32,000 bases of DNA from positions 1 to 32,000 of the forward strand of contig NZ_MPKA01000053.1 of NCBI RefSeq assembly GCF_001945605.1, read 5' to 3'. The notes below the pieces were generated by a model. It did not search any database. It was not told where the DNA came from and saw only the letters and a program-made list of their open reading frames with translations. Shown here piece after piece: positions 24,147 to 32,000 of the stretch. Source of the stretch: Dubosiella newyorkensis (lineage in GTDB: Bacteria > Bacillota_I > Bacilli_A > Erysipelotrichales > Erysipelotrichaceae). Within the stretch, counting starts at the first letter, position 1, and every line of letters starts with the position of its first letter. Made by a program: the position numbers and the translations under genes.

Positions 24147-25591
24147 TAGGCTTTTGCTTGTTTTTTTGCGCGGTTTTCAGCCATCTTACGATAAATGAAC
24201 GTGGATAAAATAAAGGTGAGCAAGCCGGTGATTGCCGAAATCAAGAAGACTGTATCGACTCCCATCGTGATTCCATGAACGCCTTGTTCTGAAAGGCGTA
24301 ATGTATCATAAGCAATTCCATCCAAGCTCGAAGAGATCACGCTAGAGAGCGAGATGAAGAATCCGATCAATGAGGTTCCGATCCCCATATCTTTTGGAGT
24401 AAGGACGGCTTGGGCTGCTGGTGTGATCACGACAGACCGGAACGAATCCGCGATTCCTGTCAAAGAGACCATAACGATCACGAACCATAATGGCATGTGC
24501 GGACCAATAAAGACGAGTCCGGCAAAGGCGATCGCGATACAGATTCCTGCGATTGAAAGAGAGATCCAAGAGTTTCTGGTTTGGTTTTTTGCGACCCAAC
24601 CACCTACAAGTCCTGGAAGAATGATCGAGATGATCGTACGTGGGATCGTGACAGAGCCGCTTGCGGTCGTGCTTTGTCCCATGATGTCTTGGATTGCATT
24701 TGGAATATAGGTCGTTAATCCTGTAACATAGAACATACTCAAAAAGGCGATCAGCAGTAATAAACTGTACTCTTTGTTTTTGAAGATATGGAGCGGGATC
24801 AATGGACTTTCCGCCTTGCTTTCCACAAAGAACAATAAGATCAACGCTACGATTCCTACTCCCATGCATCCAAGAACGACTGGATTGCTCCATCCGGAAG
24901 TCGGTCCAAAATTGAGGGCGAGCAAGATTCCGCCTAAGCTTAGAACGAGCAAAATCGTTCCTTTGACATCAAGATGCACCCCACTCGCGCCCTTTTCTTG
25001 ATCTGGATAATTCATCACGATCAATGGAACGCCTACTAAAAGTCCAATGATCGGGAACAAGATCGCAAGGACCATCATATTCATATCGGTAAATACTCCC
25101 GCTAAATAGGAGCCAAGGAATGACCCGATTCCTAGAACGATCGCGATCAAGCCCATCGCTTTAGGAACATCTTGTCGTTTATTAATGATACCTGCCAAGA
25201 TATAGGGTGTGGTCACAAAGCTTCCCATCGCAAGGAATAAAAAGAATCGGCATAGGATGAACAATGGTAAATTGTTTGCGAAAACGAAACCGATCCCGGA
25301 AATCATGCTAATGATCCCGCCAACTAAAATGACTTTACGCATTCCATAGATGTCGCAAAGACGACCTCCAATTGGGGTCATGATACACATGGCCATCGAA
25401 CCGATCAGCGTTACTAAAGAAAAAGCAGATTCTGCTCCTATGTTCTTTAACATTGGTCCTTGGATCGTGGCGAGCGACAATCCATAGGCGGCTGTCGCGA
25501 ACACTAAACCTAACGAGCCAATCGTAAGGAGCATTCTTTGCTTCGAATTGAATGATTCATAAGATATACTCGAATTTGTAGTACTGCTCAT
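24146..25591 (-). CDS. MFS transporter (DHA2-like, ~14 TM drug:H+ antiporter type).
   Basis: Highly hydrophobic ~480-aa ORF with the MFS motif G..CD.YGMRKV. The ATG at 25591 has proper spacing from AGGAG (the first ATG at 25597 abuts it). Confidence 0.85.
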   Translation of the reverse strand: MSSTTNSSISYESFNSKQRMLLTIGSLGLVFATAAYGLSLATIQGPMLKNIGAESAFSLVTLIGSMAMCIMTPIGGRLCDIYGMRKVILVGGIISMISGIGFVFANNLPLFILCRFFLFLAMGSFVTTPYILAGIINKRQDVPKAMGLIAIVLGIGSFLGSYLAGVFTDMNMMVLAILFPIIGLLVGVPLIVMNYPDQEKGASGVHLDVKGTILLVLSLGGILLALNFGPTSGWSNPVVLGCMGVGIVALILLFFVESKAESPLIPLHIFKNKEYSLLLLIAFLSMFYVTGLTTYIPNAIQDIMGQSTTASGSVTIPRTIISIILPGLVGGWVAKNQTRNSWISLSIAGICIAIAFAGLVFIGPHMPLWFVIVMVSLTGIADSFRSVVITPAAQAVLTPKDMGIGTSLIGFFISLSSVISSSLDGIAYDTLRLSEQGVHGITMGVDTVFLISAITGLLTFILSTFIYRKMAENRAKKQAKA

Positions 25592-25632
25592 AAGCATCTC
25601 CTAACTTTTATCAAGAAAATGTTATCAATTTT

Positions 25633-27006
25633 TTAGAACTTTTCATATTCATTTGCTTGATTAAGTTCCGGGAATACGGTAACGAGCATCGTGATAAAAC
25701 AAATCGAACCTCCGACAAAATTACTGATCGGCTCAGCCGCAAAGACACCAATCGCTCCCATATTGAAAAGGTTTGGAAGCCAAAGCGTTAGCGGTATGAC
25801 GATGATCACTTTGCGAAACAAAGAGAAGAAGATCGCTTGGTTGCGTTTATTGAGCGCCTTGAATGTCGTTTGTCCAGCATATTGGAGAGCTTGAAAGAAA
25901 AACGCGAAAAAGTAAAGACGCAATGCAGGAATACACAATTCGATCAGCTGGGGTTCTTGATTGAACAATTGAATGAATAAAGCGGGGAATGCTAAGACCA
26001 GGATCCACACGACACTTGTATAAAGGCAGGCGATCGCGGTCAAGGCCCAGATCGTCTTTTTGACGCGTTTATAATAGCGAGCACCATAATTGTAGGATAA
26101 AATAGGGCTTGTTCCATCTGCCAAGCCAAAAATGATCGTATCAAGGATCTGCCGCACAGAATTGACGATCGTCATGATCGAGATGTAAAGGTCTCCGCCG
26201 TATTGGTTGAGAACATTGTTGGAAATGATTTGAACGAGTGAATTGGTGCACTGCATCACAAAGCCTGCCATTCCTAAAGATACGATGTTTTTGGTGCAAT
26301 CCCAAAATTCAGCCACGCCGAGTGAAAAGAAACGAAGCCGATATTCCGCTTTTTTGGAAGTCAAAAAGCGAAGGACAAAAATGGCCGATACGATTTGAGC
26401 AAGCACGCTTGCGATCGCGGCTCCTTGAATGCCTAGATGAAAGCTAAAAATAAAAATTGGATCTAGAACGATATTGAGGATCGCTCCGATCAAGATCGTC
26501 ACCATGCCGATGGTAGGATAGCCTTGCGCGTTGATGAATGGATTCAAGCCTAAAGAAATCATCGAAAAAAGAGTGCCAATGATATAGATCTGCATATATG
26601 GCAGGGCGTAAAGGATCGTCGTTTGACTTGCGCCAAATGCATATAGTATTTTTTCGCAGAACACAAAGCCAAAAACACTCAGCAGGATTGCGGTGATCAC
26701 AATCAGCGCAAACGATGTATTGATATAGTTTTCGGCTTTTTGATGGTTTTTCCTGCCGCTTTCAATAGCGCAAAGCGATGCGCCACCAGAAGCGTAAAGA
26801 TTAGCGAACGCATTGATCAAGGAGATCAAAGGAAAACAAAGTCCTACTCCAGCGAGCGCTTGCATTCCTACTCCTTCGATCCTGCCAATATACATGCGAT
26901 CCACGACGTTGTAAAGCAAAGATAAGACTTGAGCGGCAATCATAGGACCAGCCGCGCGCATGATATTTTTTGAAATGCTTCCTGTTCCGTAATCGATCTG
27001 CTTCAT
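25633..27006 (-). CDS. MATE-family efflux transporter.
   Basis: 12-TM ORF. ...MIAAQVLSLLYNVVDRMYIGRIEGVG.QALAGVG is a typical MATE N-terminus. ATGA overlap with the upstream gene at 27003-27006. Confidence 0.88.
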   Translation of the reverse strand: MKQIDYGTGSISKNIMRAAGPMIAAQVLSLLYNVVDRMYIGRIEGVGMQALAGVGLCFPLISLINAFANLYASGGASLCAIESGRKNHQKAENYINTSFALIVITAILLSVFGFVFCEKILYAFGASQTTILYALPYMQIYIIGTLFSMISLGLNPFINAQGYPTIGMVTILIGAILNIVLDPIFIFSFHLGIQGAAIASVLAQIVSAIFVLRFLTSKKAEYRLRFFSLGVAEFWDCTKNIVSLGMAGFVMQCTNSLVQIISNNVLNQYGGDLYISIMTIVNSVRQILDTIIFGLADGTSPILSYNYGARYYKRVKKTIWALTAIACLYTSVVWILVLAFPALFIQLFNQEPQLIELCIPALRLYFFAFFFQALQYAGQTTFKALNKRNQAIFFSLFRKVIIVIPLTLWLPNLFNMGAIGVFAAEPISNFVGGSICFITMLVTVFPELNQANEYEKF

Positions 27007-27356
27007 TCCGTTTCTTTCCTCTTTTTTGAATATTTCCGAAAATTTTGTTCTGGTGTATTCTTAGCGTCTTTTAAGAATAAAAATAGCCAGGTCAAAAAAG
27101 CTAGGATCCCTATATAAGTAGAAATGAAGTAGGAAGCGATCGCTCCGATTCCTAGCAGAAAAGTCCATACATAGAAAGTTTTAGCTTGGGTTTTTGATAT
27201 TTGTTCTTTGTTATATTTTTTTTGTTCTTCTTTACTTAATGAATTGAATTGACTGAGTAAAGTGACCGCTTTTCCTTTCAATGTTGAAAAGACGAGGCCC
27301 ATCGACAAAAAAAATAAAGAAAATGGAAGACATGTCATAAATCCAAGATTATCCAT
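27003..27356 (-). CDS. Small membrane protein (DUF3784-like).
   Basis: Two N-terminal and two C-terminal TM helices flank FNSLSKEEQKKYNKEQISK. The family recall is from memory only. Confidence 0.55.
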   Translation of the reverse strand: MDNLGFMTCLPFSLFFLSMGLVFSTLKGKAVTLLSQFNSLSKEEQKKYNKEQISKTQAKTFYVWTFLLGIGAIASYFISTYIGILAFLTWLFLFLKDAKNTPEQNFRKYSKKRKETE

Positions 27357-27433
27357 ACACTCACCTCCGTTTCAGTATAACATGTCTATCTTCTACTTCT
27401 GCTATAGATCCATGCTTTTTCTAGTTCTCTTGA

Positions 27434-27910
27434 TCATAAAGCCATTAAGGCCTTTTCATAATCTTTGACATAATAACGAAGATTCTTTCTTCCTTTTTGA
27501 AGAATCGTAAATCCTTCTGCTTCGAGCTTTTCTTTTTGCGCTTGAATTCCGCCTGGATATTTCGCATTCAGTTCTCCATGAGCTTTTAGGGTTCTCCAAT
27601 AGGGAGTGGGGTTTTCATTTCGTTGATGACTAGCCCAAGCAGCTATGGAAACAAAGATTCCTGCTGTGATCGGATAGGTAAAATCGGCTCCGTTTTCTTT
27701 AGCGAAATATTTTCTGATCATTTGGATCGTGAGCAATTTCCCTTTGGGGACTTTTTTCATCATTTTGTCGTATTCGATCGGTGGCGCAAAATACATTCGT
27801 GCCCCTCCATATTTTGCGATGCTTTTCTCATCCGTGATCGTCTTGATTTTTGGCATATCTTTTGGATCGTTGAGCATTGCGTTAAAATCTTTTTTGTCTT
27901 CGTTTGCCAT
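27434..27910 (-). CDS. MGMT-family DNA-binding domain protein (alkyltransferase-like, no acceptor Cys).
   Basis: ...VPKGKLLTIQMIRKYFAKENG...NPTPYWRTLKAHGELN has PYWR where catalytic MGMTs have PCHR. The ATG at 27910 follows GGAGGAAAAACG. Confidence 0.65.
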   Translation of the reverse strand: MANEDKKDFNAMLNDPKDMPKIKTITDEKSIAKYGGARMYFAPPIEYDKMMKKVPKGKLLTIQMIRKYFAKENGADFTYPITAGIFVSIAAWASHQRNENPTPYWRTLKAHGELNAKYPGGIQAQKEKLEAEGFTILQKGRKNLRYYVKDYEKALMAL

Positions 27911-27981
27911 CGTTTTTCCTCCTATCTTCAAATATAGAAGAAAGAACGAGGATTGCAATGAGGCAGTTAGTAAAAAAATAA

Positions 27982-28004
27982 AAAGCGTTTGATAGGAACG
28001 CTTT
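27982..28004 (-). terminator. Orphan minus-strand intrinsic terminator in the divergent intergenic region.
   Basis: AAAGCGTT (27982-27989) pairs with AACGCTTT (27997-28004), followed on the minus strand by TTTTATTTTTTT. No minus-strand gene ends here. Confidence 0.5.
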
Positions 28005-28046
28005 AAGACTAGTGGTAAAGTTTTGTGATAAATTCAAAATCAAGGA

Positions 28047-28077
28047 TTGACCTATACGCAACGTACACGCTTATGGT
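28047..28077 (+). promoter_or_regulatory. MerR-type promoter with a 19-bp spacer (TTGACC-N19-TATGGT).
   Basis: -35 at 28047-28052 and -10 at 28072-28077. The spacer contains TACG-CAA-CGTA. It lies 25 nt upstream of the MerR-family ATG, and RBS AAGGAGG is at 28087-28093. Confidence 0.5.
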
Positions 28078-28101
28078 TTAAGTGTAAGGAGGTGTTTTGG
28101 C

Positions 28102-28977
28102 ATGTTATTAAATGAGATCGTTCAGGAAGTAGGGATGACCAAACGCGCAATCAAATATTACGAAGAAAAAGGATTATTATCTGTAAAGAAAGATGAGAAT
28201 GGGTATCGTAATTACACAAAAGAAAACGTGGAAATATTAAAAAAGATTTCTATATACAGAAAATTAGGTATTGGCATTGATGATGTTAAAAAGCTTTTAG
28301 AAACAAATGACAAGAAAATTCTTCTAAACATATACCATCAAAAGTTACAAGAAATGCAAACGGAAAAGTCTGAACTTGAAGCATTAAAAGAGTTTATCGA
28401 TGATGGCGATCCCGATAAAGCAAATGAGCTGCTCGATTATGAGACCATTGAAAACGCGATCGAATCCATGCTTCCAGAAGAAAAATGGGCTGATTATTTA
28501 ATCAGTCACTTCAAACCGTTTCTCAATGTGAGAATTAAAACTTCTGAGCAAAAACAAGCTTTAAAGAATCTCTTAGAATACTGTGATGAGACCACTTTAA
28601 AAATACCATTTATGATGCGATTAGGAACTAAGCTAGCAGGCGGTATTATTAATGAAACAAGAACAGCGGATGAAATGATTGCTTTTTATCGAGATATGAG
28701 CGAAGAAGAATATGAAAGATTAAAAGATGGCGTTTTAAAAGGTGCTAAATTAAAATCAGGAATATTGAAATATTATCCAGCTTACATAGCCCAAAGAAAA
28801 ATGATGAAAGAATTTCAAAACAAAGGATACAATGATATATTTATTCCTAACCTTATGATACTATCACCAAAATATGGAGAATATAAAAGAGCTTTAGATC
28901 GCGTTAACGATAGGATCTGTAGAGAACTTGGACTCCATTATGACTCAAATTTTAACTTTATCATCAGAAAGCCATAA
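28102..28977 (+). CDS. MerR-family transcriptional regulator with a long (~220 aa) uncharacterised C-terminal domain.
   Basis: N-terminal HTH LNEIVQEVGMTKRAIKYYEEKGLL...ENGYRNY. The AT-rich composition is unlike its neighbours. Confidence 0.85.
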   Translation: MLLNEIVQEVGMTKRAIKYYEEKGLLSVKKDENGYRNYTKENVEILKKISIYRKLGIGIDDVKKLLETNDKKILLNIYHQKLQEMQTEKSELEALKEFIDDGDPDKANELLDYETIENAIESMLPEEKWADYLISHFKPFLNVRIKTSEQKQALKNLLEYCDETTLKIPFMMRLGTKLAGGIINETRTADEMIAFYRDMSEEEYERLKDGVLKGAKLKSGILKYYPAYIAQRKMMKEFQNKGYNDIFIPNLMILSPKYGEYKRALDRVNDRICRELGLHYDSNFNFIIRKP

Positions 28978-28980
28978 AAA

Positions 28981-29026
28981 AACGCCCTTAGCCATGCGTT
29001 TATTCCCACAGCTAAGGGCGTTTCTA
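28981..29026 (+). terminator. Intrinsic terminator of the long MerR gene.
   Basis: AACGCCCTTAGC (28981-28992) pairs with GCTAAGGGCGTT (29011-29022), a 12-bp stem followed by TTTCT. Confidence 0.7.
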
Positions 29027-29094
29027 ATATGGATTTCAACCTCTTGTTTGACAGCAAGAATAATCACATACAAACAACTGTGATCGATTATCAA

Positions 29095-29117
29095 AAGTCC
29101 ACATCAACACTGGACTT
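29095..29117 (-). terminator. Hairpin downstream of guaA (weak T-run).
   Basis: AAGTCCA (29095-29101) pairs with TGGACTT (29111-29117). On the minus strand it is followed by TTTGAT. Confidence 0.45.
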
Positions 29118-29132
29118 CTTCAAACTCACAAT

Positions 29133-30674
29133 TTATTCGAACTCGATCGTCCCAGGAGGCTTCGAGGTGATATCATAGAGCACACGGTTGACATGATCGA
29201 CTTCATTGACGATCCGGTTTGCCACTTTGTCTAGGACATCAAATGGGATCCTTGCCCAATCGGCTGTCATACCATCAATGCTTGTGACTGCTCGTATCGC
29301 GACAGCGTAATCATACGTTCTTTGATCGCCCATCACCCCTACACTGCGCATATTGGTCAAGGCTGTAAAGTATTGCCATATATCGCGTTCTAATCCTGCT
29401 TTCGCGATTTCTTCCCGTAAGATCGCATCAGAATCTTGAACGATCTTGAGCTTTTCTTCTGTAACATCGCCTAAAATGCGGATCCCAAGTCCTGGTCCTG
29501 GGAATGGCTGGCGCCAAACCATCTCATCTGGCAAACCGAGCTCGCTTCCAAGTTCGCGGACTTCATCTTTGAATAAGGTGTTCAGCGGTTCGATCAATTG
29601 GAACTGCATATCTTTAGGCAGACCGCCCACATTGTGATGTGATTTGATAGTCTGCGCCGTCTTTGTTCCGGATTCGATCACATCCGTATACAGAGTTCCT
29701 TGCGCGAGCCACTTGATATTTTCTCCTTCTGTCAATTTCTTGACTTCTTCATCAAAGGTGTAGACAAACTCGTTTCCAATGATCTTGCGCTTTTTTTCTG
29801 GATCGCTTACTCCTGCAAGTTTTGAGAGAAAGCGATCTTTCGCGTCGATCTTCACGAGATTGACATTCATGTTTTTGCCAAAAGTTTCCATGACCGATTC
29901 AGCTTCGCCTTTTCGAAGCAGCCCATGATCGATGAACATACAAATCAGCTGATCGCCGATCGCTTCATGCAAGAGAGCGGCTACGACACTCGAATCCACG
30001 CCACCACTCAATCCTAGAAGGACTTTGTCGTCTTTCACTTTATCTTTGATCGCTTTTTTCTGTGTTTCAATAAAATCATGCATTGACCAATTGGCTTTCG
30101 CTTGGCAAATCTTGAACACAAAGTTTTTTAGCAACGTATTTCCATATTCTGTATGCCGAACTTCGGGATGGAATTGGAGAGTGTACATTTTTCGTTCCGT
30201 GTCTTGCGCTGCCGCAAATGGGCAATTGTCTGAACAAGCGATCGTTTCAAATCCAGGCGCTAGCTCTGTTACTTTATTTCCGTGAGACATCCAAACGGTT
30301 TGGGTGCGTGGGGTTCCTTCAAACAAAAGGTTTTCCTTTGTCACTTCGATCGTCGTACGCCCATACTCACTAGATTCTCCAGGTTCAACTTTACCACCAA
30401 GTTCTTGCTGGATGAGCTGCATTCCATAGCAGATTCCAAGAACAGGGATACCGCTTGTCAAAATGGCAGGATCACATTTTGGAGCATCGGCTTCAAATAC
30501 ATCTTCTGGTCCGCCTGAAAAAACGATTCCTTTTACATCTTCCAACTTTTTGATTTCTTCCAAAGTCATTTCGTTCGAATGGAGTTCAGAATACACTCCA
30601 AATTCCCGGATCCGTCGTGCAATCAGCTGATTGTACTGACTTCCAAAATCCAATACTACGATCTTATCTGGCAT
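29133..30674 (-). CDS. guaA: GMP synthase (glutamine-hydrolysing).
   Basis: GATase domain (GICYGMQ, HPE) followed by the ATP-PPase motif SGGVDSS and the conserved C-terminus ...KPPGTIEFE. 513 aa. Confidence 0.95.
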   Translation of the reverse strand: MPDKIVVLDFGSQYNQLIARRIREFGVYSELHSNEMTLEEIKKLEDVKGIVFSGGPEDVFEADAPKCDPAILTSGIPVLGICYGMQLIQQELGGKVEPGESSEYGRTTIEVTKENLLFEGTPRTQTVWMSHGNKVTELAPGFETIACSDNCPFAAAQDTERKMYTLQFHPEVRHTEYGNTLLKNFVFKICQAKANWSMHDFIETQKKAIKDKVKDDKVLLGLSGGVDSSVVAALLHEAIGDQLICMFIDHGLLRKGEAESVMETFGKNMNVNLVKIDAKDRFLSKLAGVSDPEKKRKIIGNEFVYTFDEEVKKLTEGENIKWLAQGTLYTDVIESGTKTAQTIKSHHNVGGLPKDMQFQLIEPLNTLFKDEVRELGSELGLPDEMVWRQPFPGPGLGIRILGDVTEEKLKIVQDSDAILREEIAKAGLERDIWQYFTALTNMRSVGVMGDQRTYDYAVAIRAVTSIDGMTADWARIPFDVLDKVANRIVNEVDHVNRVLYDITSKPPGTIEFE

Positions 30675-30710
30675 ATTTTCTCCTCACTCTTTCCATCTCT
30701 GTATATCTTA

Positions 30711-31091
30711 TCATAACGTCTTGCTCGGAACCAATTTTTCTAAAAGCCATTCCTTCAAAACGACAGCTTGATTGTCTTGCGTATCCTTCGCTCCATATAA
30801 TAAAGTTACATTTTGGGTTTCTAACTGTTTTCGCACAATTTCCACCAAACGTTGAGCTTCTCCATTTTGTTCCAGCTCTTCCCGATATTTTGTTTTAAAT
30901 ATTTCAAATCTTTGTGGATCGTGATGAAACCACTTTCTCAATTCGTTGGAAGGCGCAATCTTTTTTTCCCAAGAATCTAAATGCGCATCCACCTTTTTGA
31001 TCCCTCTAGGCCAGATACGATCCACTAAAACCCGATATCCATCTGTAGAAGCAAATGGTAAATAGACCTGTTTTATATACAGTTCATGCAT
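30711..31091 (-). CDS. DUF488-family protein.
   Basis: YRVLVDRIWPRGIKK....D.W.K.IAPSNELRKWFHHDP..F..F...Y..EL is the DUF488 pattern. The ATG at 31091 has 7-nt spacing from AGGAG, whereas the track start at 31097 abuts it. Confidence 0.75.
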   Translation of the reverse strand: MHELYIKQVYLPFASTDGYRVLVDRIWPRGIKKVDAHLDSWEKKIAPSNELRKWFHHDPQRFEIFKTKYREELEQNGEAQRLVEIVRKQLETQNVTLLYGAKDTQDNQAVVLKEWLLEKLVPSKTL

Positions 31092-31749
31092 GTTCATTCT
31101 CCTGTTCTAGAAAGTCGATGACTTCGCTCAGATCCTTTTTTTCATATTGAATCGCTTCTTTCATTTCTTGGTCAGGAACGATTTGATCGGGGATAAAGAT
31201 CGATATCATGTTCGCGTTCTTAGCCGCCAAGATTCCGTTTTTACTATCTTCCAATACAAGACAAGAGGATGGATCGACACCAAGCTTATTGGCAGCTCCT
31301 AAAAAGATCGCAGGATCAGGTTTTGAAGCATATCCTTCTTTTCCCGAAACGATAAGAGCGGGTTCGATAGGAAAACCTGCATACTCTAAAAATGTTTCGA
31401 TATGTTCACGATAAGAGCTGGAAGCGATCGCAAAAGGTATGTTTTTATTTTTTAAATATTGTACAAGTTCTTTTAAACCCTGCTTGTTTGCCGAGCCTGG
31501 AACGGAAAAAAATCGAAAAAAGTAATCCATTCGCTCCTGTTGGCATTCTTCCATCGCCTTAGAAATTGTCGGATATTGATTCTCATACATTGCGATTCGT
31601 CTAGAATCACAGCCAATCATGCTTTGGATCACTGTATCTGGCACTGCATTCAAGCCATAGGCATTGAGCTTTTCGCGAAATTGTTGTTTGAACATTTGTT
31701 CTGTATCGAACATCAAACCATCCATATCAAAAATAACTGCTTTGATCAT
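31084..31749 (-). CDS. HAD-superfamily hydrolase (beta-phosphoglucomutase/phosphatase-like subfamily IA).
   Basis: Motif I VIFDMDGLMFDTE, motif II ASSS and motif III/IV K....EDS.NG. RBS is AAGAGG. Confidence 0.85.
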   Translation of the reverse strand: MIKAVIFDMDGLMFDTEQMFKQQFREKLNAYGLNAVPDTVIQSMIGCDSRRIAMYENQYPTISKAMEECQQERMDYFFRFFSVPGSANKQGLKELVQYLKNKNIPFAIASSSYREHIETFLEYAGFPIEPALIVSGKEGYASKPDPAIFLGAANKLGVDPSSCLVLEDSKNGILAAKNANMISIFIPDQIVPDQEMKEAIQYEKKDLSEVIDFLEQENEHA

Positions 31750-31808
31750 ACGTTACCTCTTTTATTTCTTAGCCAAATTGTCATCGAATTGAACGGACAT
31801 GTCAATGG

Positions 31809-31841
31809 AAAAAGCATCCGGCTGCAATCGGATGCTTTTAT
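31809..31841. terminator. Bidirectional intrinsic terminator upstream of the HAD gene promoter.
   Basis: AAAGCATCCG (31811-31820) pairs with CGGATGCTTT (31829-31838) around an 8-nt loop, flanked by A and T runs. Confidence 0.65.
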
Positions 31842-32000
31842 TATAGGACAGAAAAAGATGAGTCATAGAGTTAAGGATGTTCAAACACAGTTCGCTTTTT
31901 CTCCAGTGATGTTTGTTCAACCTATTTTTTGTTTCTCATCTATTCAAGCTTTCGTCTTGGTTTACACTTATATTATGGCTTGATATATTCTCGTTTTCTA

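Noticed and set aside
31540-31983. A 147-aa plus-strand ORF overlapping the HAD gene and the right-hand intergenic region.
   Set aside because: It runs antisense to a well-supported HAD CDS and crosses a terminator hairpin. It has no RBS and no motifs.
1-32000. Genome-wide TGA=Trp recoding (genetic code 4), suggested by the TGA at the GH1 Trp codon.
   Set aside because: TGA terminates several well-delimited genes at the expected protein ends (sbcD, the UDG-like gene, GNAT, the antiporter and the HAD gene). Long conserved ORFs (sbcC, guaA, dinB) contain no internal TGA. The standard code 11 fits the window.
1-32000. CRISPR arrays, tRNA/rRNA genes, complete IS elements, integrons or prophage blocks.
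   Set aside because: I found no regularly spaced direct repeats, no cloverleaf-capable GC-rich segments in the intergenic regions, and no recombinase or transposase ORF apart from the ambiguous 33-codon fragment at the left edge.

Overview
This 32-kb window looks like chromosomal DNA from a low-GC Gram-positive (Bacillota-like) bacterium. The signs are AGGAGG-type ribosome-binding sites, hairpin plus T-run terminators and frequent ATGA start/stop overlaps. A bile-salt hydrolase suggests a gut habitat (inference). I support about 32 coding regions and saw no rRNA, tRNA, CRISPR array or complete mobile element.

Recognisable genes:
- DNA repair: dinB, sbcDC, a UDG-superfamily protein and an alkyltransferase-like protein.
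- Transport: an NhaP2-type K+/H+ antiporter, two MATE pumps, one MFS pump and a SemiSWEET.
- Metabolism: an SDR, a D-2-hydroxyacid dehydrogenase, a GNAT, pfk, guaA, a HAD hydrolase and a bile-salt hydrolase.
- Regulation: two MerR regulators and a stand-alone OmpR-type winged helix.

Observations that stand out:
1. A tandem pair of 86-aa paralogs (15803-16447) has no proximal SD. Their two 5' leaders share an identical interleaved two-helix (pseudoknot-type) layout that is kept by compensatory changes. Each leader also carries a 10-nt anti-SD-complementary block about 60 nt upstream of the start codon. This is my best candidate for an undescribed cis-regulatory RNA.
2. GATC is roughly 9-fold over-represented across most of the window but not in two AT-rich segments (1-575 and about 27960-29100), which look foreign.
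3. A sugar-utilisation locus (1635-4694) is decaying. It holds a frameshifted AraC regulator, an in-frame chimera of a PTS EIIC 5' end with a GH36 alpha-galactosidase 3' end, and a GH1 gene with TGA at a conserved Trp codon.
4. A 295-aa protein combines an unrecognised N-terminal domain with a PcrA/UvrD-like C-terminal Tudor-type motif.
5. Both MerR genes have promoters with 19-bp spacers.

All calls come from reading the sequence and the ORF track by eye. No database search was run.
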